64,000 nt of DNA from an uncultured Methanoregulaceae archaeon (GTDB lineage Archaea; Halobacteriota; Methanomicrobia; Methanomicrobiales; Methanospirillaceae): positions 32,001-96,000 of the forward strand of contig OY969564.1 in NCBI GenBank assembly GCA_963701095.1. The letters are read 5' to 3'. Position numbers and translations under genes: made by a program. Positions 53,285 through 63,024 of this stretch are shown here, in pieces (within the stretch, counting starts at the first letter, position 1; the number at the start of each line of letters is the position of its first letter). The notes beneath the pieces were generated by a model. The model was given only the letters and a program-made list of their open reading frames with translations. It ran no database searches and had not been told where the DNA came from.

Positions 53285-53505
53285 GCCATGCTCCCTCCCG
53301 TAACAATAGTATAGAATTTGTAGGCAAGAAGTATTACTAAAAAGATCAGATAAATACGGAGCATGAGGAGGGCAAATTTAACGCCGGGAGACATGGTGAT
53401 CCGGGGGTGTTCATATTTCTTATTAATCGCTGATATTGCAGCCATCCCGTTTGAAAAGACCGCTTTCACCGGTTCTATTATACCGTTTTTTAAGGTAAAT
53501 GCCAT
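53281..53505 (-). CDS. Small single-pass membrane protein within the Mg-transport operon
   Basis: GGAGATGGTG SD upstream; ATGA overlap with the next gene; C-terminal TM helix. Confidence 0.75.
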   Translation of the reverse strand: MAFTLKNGIIEPVKAVFSNGMAAISAINKKYEHPRITMSPGVKFALLMLRIYLIFLVILLAYKFYTIVTGGSMA

Positions 53506-53520
53506 GATTACACCATCTCC

Positions 53521-54789
53521 TCACCCGAACAAATTCGGGAACAACGTACTTATGCCATACAGTGACGATACGACAATAATACAGGTGACAATCGATATAT
53601 TCGCTATATTATCAAAGAGTGTATTTTTGTATTTCCCCATGATTTCCTCGTTGTTGAGGAGAATGATCAAAAAGACCAGTGCAGCCGGTAATAGGGTTAC
53701 TGCCACGACCTGGACAAAGAGTGTAATTAACACCAGGGGTGCCCCTGGGATAAGGACAACGGCTCCGGCAGTAATGAGTCCTACAAAATAGAATACATAG
53801 AACCAGATGGCTTCTTTTACCTTATAGTTCAGGGAATGCGCCCACCCGAACACCTCGCCGAACGCCCATGAACTGGTGAGTGCAATACAGAGAGCTCCCA
53901 AGAATCCAGCATCAAACAGGCCGATGGCAAGGAACGTTCCCACCCAGGGATTCGTAGCCATCATAATCTGTGCTGCCTGCGCGGCACTTTGGATGTCCAT
54001 ACCCTTCAGAAGCGTCCCGGTCACGACAATAATAAAGACCGCAACGAGAACTGTAAATACCGCTCCAATAGCAGTATCGAATTTTCCCCAAGGAATGTCT
54101 TTTTCCTTCATCTGCTTATCAACAACAGCACTCTGCTGGAAGAAGATCATCCAGGGCGCGATGGTCGTCCCGATATTTGCCATCAGGAAAAAGAACAGCT
54201 CGCCATTAAAACCTCCCGGGAAATTGGGAATGACACCGTTACGGAAGATATCGGAAACCGAAGGATGGACAAGAATAGCTGCAGGTATGTAGATGAGGTT
54301 GACAAGGCAGAGTGCCATCGTGATCTTTTCCCATGTCCAGTACTTCCCGGAAAAAACTATTCCCATCATTACACAGATTACAATAATGACGGTGAGTAAG
54401 GGGGGGATACCGAATATAGAAAGTCCGGCTGTCATGCCGATAAATTCTGTCACCAGTGTAAGCCAGTTCACCAGACTTAAGTCTAGGAAAGAGAACCAGC
54501 CCCAGAATGAGCCGAAAGCGCTGAAAATTGCCTCTGCATGCCCATGCTTGGTAACAGCACCAAGCCGGACGGTCATCTCTTGGACAAAATACGCAACTGG
54601 TCCCAGAAGGATCAAAAACCAGATAAGATTATAACCAAATTTTGCCCCGGTAGCTGCATAAGTAGTGATACCCCCGGCATCATTGTCTGCAATCATTACG
54701 ATAAGACCGGGACCGGCCAGCAACAGGTATATCTGGATGGTCTTGATTATTCTCCGGTAATTAAAATAGAATTTTGCCAAAAAATCCAT
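53521..54789 (-). CDS. NRAMP-related (SLC11) transporter, probable Mg2+ type (NRMT)
   Basis: GPGL...DNDAGG in place of DPGN; NIGTTIAPW TM6; operon with the MgtE-like protein. Confidence 0.85.
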   Translation of the reverse strand: MDFLAKFYFNYRRIIKTIQIYLLLAGPGLIVMIADNDAGGITTYAATGAKFGYNLIWFLILLGPVAYFVQEMTVRLGAVTKHGHAEAIFSAFGSFWGWFSFLDLSLVNWLTLVTEFIGMTAGLSIFGIPPLLTVIIVICVMMGIVFSGKYWTWEKITMALCLVNLIYIPAAILVHPSVSDIFRNGVIPNFPGGFNGELFFFLMANIGTTIAPWMIFFQQSAVVDKQMKEKDIPWGKFDTAIGAVFTVLVAVFIIVVTGTLLKGMDIQSAAQAAQIMMATNPWVGTFLAIGLFDAGFLGALCIALTSSWAFGEVFGWAHSLNYKVKEAIWFYVFYFVGLITAGAVVLIPGAPLVLITLFVQVVAVTLLPAALVFLIILLNNEEIMGKYKNTLFDNIANISIVTCIIVVSSLYGISTLFPNLFG

Positions 54790-54796
54790 TTTTCAC

Positions 54797-54895
54797 CTAC
54801 GAATCAATTTTGTCATTCAGTGCATTGTACTGATCATCCCCCCATTCGATCCGAATGGCAGTCGGAGAGCACGGGTAAGATACCCGTCTCCTCAT
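54797..54895 (-). promoter_or_regulatory. Structured 5' leader containing a 32-aa upstream ORF
   Basis: Hairpins ACGGGTA-TCT-TACCCGT and CCATTCG-GAT-CGAATGG; uORF MRRRVSYPCSPTAIRIEWGDDQYNALNDKIDS; TTATAT box at 54925-54920. Confidence 0.5.
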
Positions 54896-55193
54896 GACAT
54901 AATCGTGGACGCCGGGCTCATATAATAATATCGCCTCAGTCGGCCTTTTTTTTGCTTTCTGGGTATTTCATGGTCATGAATTTTTATCATTGGCGCAATT
55001 CAGCCGTTTTTAATCGAATAAAATCCAAATCGGGCAGTTTAAAACAAAGACCATCCCGGAGAATATAATCTTTTTTTGGATCCGGCGCATGTTTATTGAA
55101 CCATAATAAGGTAAAACAAGTAAAGTAATACTGTATTAGCCAAAAAGACCCTTCTGGAGAAAAGACAGAGGGTTCTTTGTTGAGGTGCGCCAG

Positions 55194-56471
55194 ATGCTTG
55201 AAATCAGGTTTGTACGGGCGAGCCCGGAGATCGTAAAAGCCGATCTGCTCAAACGAAACGCTCAGGAAAAGATTGCATGGGTAGACGAAATTCTTGCAAA
55301 AGATGCACGTTCCCGCGAGCTTAAAGTACAGACCGATGAACTGCGGCGCCGGAGAAATACCATCGCCCGGGAAATCAACGAACTTCGTAAAGCCGGAAAA
55401 GATCCGGCTTCCCTGATGAAGGAAGCAACAGAACTTCCGGGGAAAATTAAGGAAAACGATGCCGAACAGGATGAAATAACAACCGTTATTCGCACCCGGC
55501 TTATGCGTCTGCCTAATATCCTTGACGACAGCGTACCGCGAGGGTGTGATGATACCGGGAATGTGGAGGTCCGGCGTGTCGGCACACCGCGTACGTTTGA
55601 TTTCGAAGTCAAAAACCACGGCCAGCTTGCGGCTGAACGGGGCTGGGCTGATTTCGAACGGGCTGCGAAGATTTCAGGGGGAGGATTCTATTTCCTGAAA
55701 GGAAATCTTGTCCTTCTCGATCTTGCCCTCCAGCGTTTTGCCCTAGACCTGCTTGAAAAGAAAGGTTTTACCCCGGTCATACCGCCGTTTATGATCAACC
55801 GCAGCTCGTACGAAGGAGTCACCGATCTTGACGATTTCGAAAAAGTGATGTACAAGATCGACAACGATGATATGTACCTGATTGCGACAAGTGAACACCC
55901 TATAGCCGCAATGTACCAAGATGAGATCTTCGAAGAAAAGGACCTTCCTCTGCGCCTTGCCGGGTTATCCCCCTGTTTCCGGCGGGAAATCGGTGCGCAT
56001 GGTCTCGACACCAAAGGACTTTTCCGCGTTCACCAGTTTACGAAGATCGAACAGTTTGTCTTCTGCAAACCTGCAGATTCCTGGCAGATCCACGACGAAC
56101 TTCTTGCAAATGCTGAAGAAGTGTTCAGGAAACTGGAACTCCCCTATCACGTGGTCAACATCTGCACAGGTGATATCGGTACTGTTGCCGCAAAGAAATA
56201 CGATATCGAGGCTTGGATGCCACGGGAAAATGCCTATAAAGAGGTCGTTTCCTGTTCCAACTGCACATCCTACCAAGCTGCCAGCCTTAATATCCGGGTG
56301 CGCGACAAGGAAATTTTCGAATCAAAACAGCTTGTCCATACCCTTAATTCAACCGCGATCGCCACCTCACGGACTTTACGGTGTATCCTTGAAAACTACC
56401 AGAACCGCGACGGATCGGTAACCATACCGCAGGTGCTGCGTCAATACATGAACGATCGTGAGTTCCTCTGA
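55194..56471 (+). CDS. serS: Seryl-tRNA synthetase (standard type)
   Basis: N-terminal coiled coil, LIATSE, CFRRE.G..G.DTKGLFRVHQF.K.E, EVVSCSNC, HTLNST; GAGGTG SD. Confidence 0.96.
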   Translation: MLEIRFVRASPEIVKADLLKRNAQEKIAWVDEILAKDARSRELKVQTDELRRRRNTIAREINELRKAGKDPASLMKEATELPGKIKENDAEQDEITTVIRTRLMRLPNILDDSVPRGCDDTGNVEVRRVGTPRTFDFEVKNHGQLAAERGWADFERAAKISGGGFYFLKGNLVLLDLALQRFALDLLEKKGFTPVIPPFMINRSSYEGVTDLDDFEKVMYKIDNDDMYLIATSEHPIAAMYQDEIFEEKDLPLRLAGLSPCFRREIGAHGLDTKGLFRVHQFTKIEQFVFCKPADSWQIHDELLANAEEVFRKLELPYHVVNICTGDIGTVAAKKYDIEAWMPRENAYKEVVSCSNCTSYQAASLNIRVRDKEIFESKQLVHTLNSTAIATSRTLRCILENYQNRDGSVTIPQVLRQYMNDREFL

Positions 56472-56568
56472 GCCCTGTTCCGCGACCGGTACATCAATAA
56501 AATAAAATATTTAATAAATACTTATTTGTCACAGATCATGCATACGTATAGTAGAGAACGTGGTAAAT

Positions 56569-58089
56569 ATGGGTTATCCCGACTTGAAAAGTGATGAGTC
56601 AATAGTCCTTACGGCGCAGCATGTCAAGGTTAAATCTGTGCCGTTCGAACTGGTACTCACCAATCGGCGTCTCATCATCATTGATAGTGAAAAAAATGTG
56701 GTGCCGACGCAGCAGATATCACTGGTCACGATCCGGAACGTTACGGCCAGCGAGAACGCTATCCGTGATCCGGTCATTACACTTACGATCCTGACGGAAA
56801 CGGCGGATACCCGTGAAATGGCGCTTACTTTTGTCCGCCAGACTGCTGGAGAACGAAGACGTGAGTCTGACGAATGGGTAAAAGCCCTCAGAAAAAATAT
56901 TGCAGAAGCTGCAATGTACCCCCCGGACATAGTGGCGACTCCCCAGGTCCCCGATGAAAGCCGGCAGGAGCATCCTGGTTCTCCCGGGATAAAAAAGAAG
57001 ATAGATGCCCCTCGTCCCATGAAAAAAATAGTTGTTGATACAAGCCATCTCCCCCCAAAGCCCGTTGAGACCACGTCGCTACCCGAAGGATCATTCTGTG
57101 GCAGATGCGGAAACCGCATCCCTCCAGGATCAACGTTTTGCAACCGGTGCGGTACCAAGGTTGCCGGATCAGCTGATGAGACCATTATTTCTGCCCCAAC
57201 CGGACAGGTTACCCCTGTCTCCTCAGTAACGGGATCGGGAGATCGGAAAGGACGGCCCATCGAACAGATCATTCACTCAATCGAACCCCTGATTGCAGAC
57301 TCAGTACCCCGGACGGAAACCCCGCCCGCAATTCCGGAACCAGTATCGGTTCCTTCAGCAGAACCTGCGTCATCTGCAGAACCTTCCACAGAAGCACCGG
57401 CAGGATCTGAACCGGCCTCTGAACCTGCATCAGAATCTGCCTCTGGGGGACTGGTAATTCCGCCGATGCCGACATTCCCCACAATTCCTCCTGTTCCTGA
57501 AGCACCCCGGAAAAAACCGTTCAAGGTTATAGCTGCAGCCATTATCGTTATTGTTATTATTGCGATTGTGGCGGTTGGAGGATTTGTGCTTATCAAAAAC
57601 ATGCACACGAATACCACCGTAGTACAGCCGATAACTACTGCAATACCGACAACACAGACCACCGTTCCAACCCCAACGCCAACAATGGCAGTAACCACGG
57701 TAATTCCCACGGTACTGCAGACGCTAGCGACATCTGTTCCTCAAACAGGAGTCTGGGTCGAGATTACCTATGACCAGACTTATAGTGGCTCTGTAGGTCT
57801 CCCTGGTGACCAGGTTCAGGTCAGTGATACCGGGGACCATTATTATAGGATCCCGACGGAAAACGGTGTTGTAGCAGTATCGGTCCAGAAGAATGATGGC
57901 AGCGCCGATGAATTGAAAGTTAACCTGTTCAATAATGGTATCCTTGTGAAGACAGGTTCAACAACCATTCCTTATGGAAATGTCGATATGCAGGTTTCGC
58001 TATCAGTCCCGACACCAACGGCAACCCTTCCACTGAAGTCAAATCCAACCGCAAATAAGACCGCCAGTACCGACCTGATACCGGCCTGA
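56569..58089 (+). CDS. Bitopic membrane protein with PH-like N domain and double zinc ribbon
   Basis: LVLTNRRLI, FCGRCG.....FCNRCG, P/E/S-rich linker, TM helix, T-rich stalk. Confidence 0.78.
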   Translation: MGYPDLKSDESIVLTAQHVKVKSVPFELVLTNRRLIIIDSEKNVVPTQQISLVTIRNVTASENAIRDPVITLTILTETADTREMALTFVRQTAGERRRESDEWVKALRKNIAEAAMYPPDIVATPQVPDESRQEHPGSPGIKKKIDAPRPMKKIVVDTSHLPPKPVETTSLPEGSFCGRCGNRIPPGSTFCNRCGTKVAGSADETIISAPTGQVTPVSSVTGSGDRKGRPIEQIIHSIEPLIADSVPRTETPPAIPEPVSVPSAEPASSAEPSTEAPAGSEPASEPASESASGGLVIPPMPTFPTIPPVPEAPRKKPFKVIAAAIIVIVIIAIVAVGGFVLIKNMHTNTTVVQPITTAIPTTQTTVPTPTPTMAVTTVIPTVLQTLATSVPQTGVWVEITYDQTYSGSVGLPGDQVQVSDTGDHYYRIPTENGVVAVSVQKNDGSADELKVNLFNNGILVKTGSTTIPYGNVDMQVSLSVPTPTATLPLKSNPTANKTASTDLIPA

Positions 58090-58109
58090 GCTGACGACCA
58101 TTTTTTGCT

Positions 58110-59168
58110 ATGGCACAAACAGATGAATCGGGAAAAAAACCTTCGAGGGCTGTTGTTAAACCGATTTACCGGATTACATTTTTCGTATTTCTCATTTTTT
58201 TGGTTATCTCCAATTGTGCATCTGCAGCCATGGTCCAGGCATATATTGGCGAAACCATACCACTGTCCGGATACATGTATTCAAGCCAGACCGCCTACCT
58301 TTTCCTGACCGGCCCAAATCTTCCGGCAAACGGCGTGGCACTCGACAACATCAACAACCGGGCCGATCAGGGCGGGTTCACTGAGGTCAGTGTTGATGGA
58401 AACAATCACTGGACCTATAATTGGTATACCGGATCAATAGGGGGAAAACTTGATGCCGGTACCTATACCATCTGGGTTGTCGATGGCCCCAATGACCTTT
58501 CCAACCTGAACCAGGCCGATTACAGCACTATTTCGGTTTCCCTGAACGTGCCCGGCCTTGGTCCGGCGACTGCATCTACGTCACCCGGGAGCCCCGTCAT
58601 TACCGCTGCGGTTCCTGCGAGCATCGTGTCTCCTTTAGAGGCTCCCGGCATCCTCGAAATTAATTCGATCCCGGATAATGCTTCGATAGTTGTCAACGGT
58701 GTCTACCAGGGAATCACCCCGCTCACTCTAAACGGATTGAATCCGGGAACATACCAGATCAATTTTTCCCGATTTAATTATTATCCCTTTTCGACAAATG
58801 CACCGGTCGAACCTGGTGTAACCACCCAGGTCAATGGAACGCTCAAGCTTATGACCGGTACCCTGGTAATCACCACAAACCCGGAGGGAGCACAGATCAT
58901 TCTCGATGGCATGAATGTTAACCAGTCCCCGATTATCCAAACCGGCCTTTCCGTTGGTAACCACACAATCAATGCGACTCTAGAGGGGTACATCCCGGCC
59001 AACATCCAGGTAAACGTTGTAGCCGATCAATCTGTCAACAGCACCCTCCAACTTAATAAGACCGCTTCATTGATACCGGGAAATGGTACGCCTCTTCCCA
59101 TTCCCGTGACGATGAGTGCTTTCATTGTGGCCCTCATCATGTTTGTATTCTTCCGGCGATGCATATGA
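58110..59168 (+). CDS. Exported protein with two PEGA domains and C-terminal TM helix
   Basis: INSIPDNA.I.VNG.YQG.TP and ITTNPEGA.I.LDG motifs. Confidence 0.8.
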   Translation: MAQTDESGKKPSRAVVKPIYRITFFVFLIFLVISNCASAAMVQAYIGETIPLSGYMYSSQTAYLFLTGPNLPANGVALDNINNRADQGGFTEVSVDGNNHWTYNWYTGSIGGKLDAGTYTIWVVDGPNDLSNLNQADYSTISVSLNVPGLGPATASTSPGSPVITAAVPASIVSPLEAPGILEINSIPDNASIVVNGVYQGITPLTLNGLNPGTYQINFSRFNYYPFSTNAPVEPGVTTQVNGTLKLMTGTLVITTNPEGAQIILDGMNVNQSPIIQTGLSVGNHTINATLEGYIPANIQVNVVADQSVNSTLQLNKTASLIPGNGTPLPIPVTMSAFIVALIMFVFFRRCI

Positions 59169-59402
59169 GTATACCGGACCAGTTAGGATACCAGGAGACC
59201 TCACGGATTTGTATTTTTTCCAAAATTGTTGAAGAAAAATATCCCTGTTATATGGTATCAGCATACTCCAATAGCGCACCTTATATTTTCTGATCGTTTT
59301 GTTTTTCGCCCTTGATTTATCGATTTGGAAATAAAAGAATAACTACAATTCACAACTTTAATATATTGATTAATTATATTCAACCTTCATTGATCTTTTA
59401 AT

Positions 59403-60366
59403 ATGTCACTCGTGCTTTTTCCGGACAAACGACATGCCGATATTCCTGCAATGATGACTGCAAAGGACATTCCCAGCCTGATCCGGCAGTTAAACCATCG
59501 TAATCCCGATACCCAGTGGCGGGCTGCTGATGCACTTGGGTCTCTGGGGGCAGAAGCCGTTATTCCGCTTATATTGGTTCTTGATAGCAGACACAAGGCC
59601 GTCCGTATCGGTGCTATCGAAGCATTGGGAAAAATTCGGGATCCTCGTTCAGTACGGCCGCTGGTTCACCTTTTAAAGCATGATACCGCTGTCGAGGTCC
59701 GTTGGATAGCTGCTCTTGCACTCGGAGAAATAGGTGACATAAATGCAATCCCGTCCCTCGTTGAATCTCTCCGGGAAAAGGAAAGGTACGTCCGGTATGG
59801 GGCAGCACGATCGCTTGAACTCCTTCACTGGATTCCTAAAGACGATGCTGAAAGGGCATATTATGCCATTGCGCTGCAGAATTGGTCTGGCGTCAAAAAG
59901 ATCGGAAAATTCAGCTACCGGTCCGCTCGCAGATATTTTCCATGACCCTGACCCGGCAACCCGGATAAAGATCGTAGAGTTGCTCGGCCAGATCGGTGAT
60001 CCGAATGCACAACCTGCCTGCGAAGCGGCACTCCGGGACAATGACGCCGCTGTCCGGTGGGTTGCAGTTGTGGCGGCAAAAAAATGCCGGGTACTCTCGG
60101 CTCACATCCCCTGGGGGCTCGCCAAACGGCCGCGAACCGGACATAACCCATGGGCTGCAGCCGTTCTTAATTTCTTTTTTGTCGGTCTTGGCTACAATTA
60201 TCTCGGTTTCTGGTGGGGCTTTCTTGTCTTCATGAGTTATGCGAGCATTTTTACGCTTGCCCAGCTTGAGTCCGGCCCGTTATTGCCGTACCTGTACACA
60301 TATCCGATCACTGCCCTGTTTGCGGCACAGACGTTCTACATGGCAAAAAAGATGTCGGACCTATGA
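59403..60366 (+). CDS. HEAT/PBS-lyase repeat protein with C-terminal membrane domain (frameshift near 59908)
   Basis: AADALG, EVRW.AA.ALGEIG repeats; NPWAAAVLNFF..GLGY.Y.G tail in the adjacent frame. Confidence 0.82.
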
Positions 60367-60376
60367 GCTGAGACCT

Positions 60377-61339
60377 ATGGTTTTCCCGAAGCTGTTCGTG
60401 GTAAAACAAAAAGATATCAGCCTGATGACTGAACGCCGGGATATCGCCGGTCTTATCAAGGCACTCCATTCTTCGGATTTTGCAGTTCAGACACAGGCAG
60501 CACAGGCACTGGGCTCTCTCGGCACCGCTGCGATGAATGAGCTCATTTCCAGGTTAAAAAACAAGAATAAAGATGTCCGGTTCGGTGTCATTGAAGCACT
60601 GTCGGTTATCAGGGATCCGCGATCCATTGGACCACTGACCGGGGCGCTCAAAGACGAGAACAGTGAAGTGCGGTGGCAGGCGGCAATGGCCCTTGGCGAG
60701 ATCGGTGACGAAAAGGCAACCCTGCCTCTTCAGGAAGCCCTCAAAGATCCCAACAAATACGTACGGTATGGTGCAGCTTTTGCCCTTGCCACCCTTGGGT
60801 GGAAACCGAACAACGCCGATGAACGGGCATCCTACTTTATCGGTATGCAGGAATGGAAGGCGGTTGAGGATATTGGACCAGATGCAATCCCGGCGCTTAA
60901 CCATGTCCTGAATGATCCAGATAGTGCAGTACGCCTGAAAGTGATGAAGATCCTTGGATCGATACGGGACGACAAGGCGATTCCGGCCCTGATGCGGGGG
61001 CTCGCTGACAGCGATAAAGACGTCCGGTGGGAAGCAGCACTAGCCGCACCTTCCTGCGGGATAAACCCTATGCATATTCCCCGCGGGCTGTCACGGCGGC
61101 CGAAAACTGCAAAAAACCCGATCATAGCCGGGGTCATGAACTTCCTTCTCCCCGGCCTTGGCTATGGATATATCGGGAAATGGTGGGGGATCATGATCTT
61201 CCAGATTGATGTCACCGCTACGGTCTGGCTTTTCAAGTATCAGGGAGACAACACCACATCGGCAGTACTTTTTCCCATCTACATTGTTCTTGGTATTCAC
61301 GCGTGGTATATCACCCGCAAGATGCCGGATTTCATATGA
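60377..61339 (+). CDS. HEAT/PBS-lyase repeat protein with C-terminal membrane domain (tandem paralog)
   Basis: Same architecture; KNPIIAGVMNFLLPGLGYGYIG. Confidence 0.85.
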   Translation: MVFPKLFVVKQKDISLMTERRDIAGLIKALHSSDFAVQTQAAQALGSLGTAAMNELISRLKNKNKDVRFGVIEALSVIRDPRSIGPLTGALKDENSEVRWQAAMALGEIGDEKATLPLQEALKDPNKYVRYGAAFALATLGWKPNNADERASYFIGMQEWKAVEDIGPDAIPALNHVLNDPDSAVRLKVMKILGSIRDDKAIPALMRGLADSDKDVRWEAALAAPSCGINPMHIPRGLSRRPKTAKNPIIAGVMNFLLPGLGYGYIGKWWGIMIFQIDVTATVWLFKYQGDNTTSAVLFPIYIVLGIHAWYITRKMPDFI

Positions 61340-61427
61340 AAGATCTGACAGATCCTTTTCAATCGGAGATTGCACCCAAGCGAATACCGGACAATTTATA
61401 GTGTTTTAAATATAATTTAGATGGTTC

Positions 61428-62198
61428 ATGACACTCACGAGGTTCACCGAGGAGCATCCCTATCTTAGCTCTGCTGTTTTCCTGCTGGTCTTCCTTTTTG
61501 TTCTTATTGTATGCGCCTTTTTAAATCTCGTCTTCATGGCAGGGCTTATTCAGCAGGTTGCCATCGCTGATCTCCTTCTTGCCAGTATTGGTATTTTTTT
61601 GGTGATTCGCCTCGATTGGTTAGGGAAAGCGGGGTACTCGACGGGAATCCGTCTGGCACAGGTCCCTCTTTTTCTTCTGCCCTGTGCATTTGCCCTTTTA
61701 TCATTGGGGGATGGCATCCAAGTGACCGCACCCCTCGCTATCCTTTATTTCGCCATCCTGACGCTGGTAGTAGGATTTGCTGAGGAAACCTATTTCCGTG
61801 GTCTGATTCTTACCGCCCTTCTTTCCACTGGTACGCTTCGGGCGGTTTTCATTAGTGCCCTCCTCTTTGCAGCCCTTCACTTACTCAATATCTTTGGCGG
61901 CACATGGGATCCCACCTACACGGTTGTGGACATTGTGGCTGCATTTGGTCTCGGGATAACCTATGCTGCAATTCGTTTGCGGACAGAGAGTATCTGGCCC
62001 GTAGTGGGCATTCATGCCCTCTTTGATTTTACTGCGATTATTTCCCAGGGAGGGATCCAGGTATCCGAGCAATCACTGCATGTACTGCTTATGCTGGTTT
62101 TCACGGGTGTCGTCTGCGCGGTATACGGGCTGTTTTTGTTACGGGACAGAAAAGAAGATCATATAACTATAGGTGATACCGCACCTCTTTCAAAATAG
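61428..62198 (+). CDS. CPBP (CAAX/Abi) intramembrane metalloprotease
   Basis: EE..FRG, FAALH, H...D motifs. Confidence 0.9.
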   Translation: MTLTRFTEEHPYLSSAVFLLVFLFVLIVCAFLNLVFMAGLIQQVAIADLLLASIGIFLVIRLDWLGKAGYSTGIRLAQVPLFLLPCAFALLSLGDGIQVTAPLAILYFAILTLVVGFAEETYFRGLILTALLSTGTLRAVFISALLFAALHLLNIFGGTWDPTYTVVDIVAAFGLGITYAAIRLRTESIWPVVGIHALFDFTAIISQGGIQVSEQSLHVLLMLVFTGVVCAVYGLFLLRDRKEDHITIGDTAPLSK

Positions 62199-62358
62199 GA
62201 TAAAAGGCAGTCAAAAAATTTTCCACATGAGTTTTTTGGAGTCATTTCCTCAAGAGTAAACTTATTAAATTTAATTCCGACGAATCGTAAGAACCGTTTA
62301 TTCCCGATTTTCTTTCACGAAAGAAGCGTATTAATACAAGTTTGGGTTATGTGAGCAT

Positions 62359-62853
62359 ATGCAAGCCTTTCCCTGTTTTGTGTCTGGAGCGGCTGTTGCT
62401 CTCCTGGTGATTGCAGCTGTTTCGATTGCCGGATGCATGTCCCCCTCACAACCTACGGCCTCGGTACCTATAGTCTCTCCGCTGATAACCGTATCTCCGA
62501 CAATCGAAACCACCCCCATACCCGTGGCCACAACGATGATAATGGCCGAATCAACACCATCATCCCCGGTGACGACAATCGTTTCAACGTCTCAAAATGT
62601 GTCAGTTTCGATACAGAATTATGCATTCATTCCTGCGTCGGTAACAATCCGACCCGGGACTACCATAACCTGGACGAACCTGGATCCTATTTATCATACG
62701 GCCACCTCGACAGAACCTTCGCCGGTCGCGTTCAATTCGCCGGTCCTTCACCAGGGAGATACATTCCAGTTTACGTTTGCCCAGCCCGGTACCTACCATT
62801 ATCTCTGTAATATACATCCATTTATGCGAGGGATTGTGACTGTATCTTCGTAA
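62359..62853 (+). CDS. Cupredoxin (amicyanin/plastocyanin-like) lipoprotein
   Basis: IAGC lipobox, W.N.D...H, Y.C.IHPFM.G copper ligands. Confidence 0.87.
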   Translation: MQAFPCFVSGAAVALLVIAAVSIAGCMSPSQPTASVPIVSPLITVSPTIETTPIPVATTMIMAESTPSSPVTTIVSTSQNVSVSIQNYAFIPASVTIRPGTTITWTNLDPIYHTATSTEPSPVAFNSPVLHQGDTFQFTFAQPGTYHYLCNIHPFMRGIVTVSS

Positions 62854-63024
62854 TTTTTTGTATTTCGAAGGTCTGGATAATCTACTACCGCTCGTTAGGA
62901 CTGGCAACCATTAATTTGCCGGTGCAACTTTCCTTATTTTCTTGCTAGCTTGAACGCAATAATTTCAACCGTAGAATCAAGGATAATATTCGTTATAAAA
63001 TCGATAAAACTATAATTCCTTAAT

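Noticed and set aside
54970..55068. 32-aa ORF with 5 Ser upstream of serS, as a Ser leader
   Set aside because: The Ser codons are scattered and the ORF lies upstream of the probable serS promoter
925..59908. Programmed frameshifting or pseudogenisation as the cause of split genes
   Set aside because: No common slippery heptamer, mixed +1 and -1 shifts, core genes affected and no other decay; assembly error is more parsimonious
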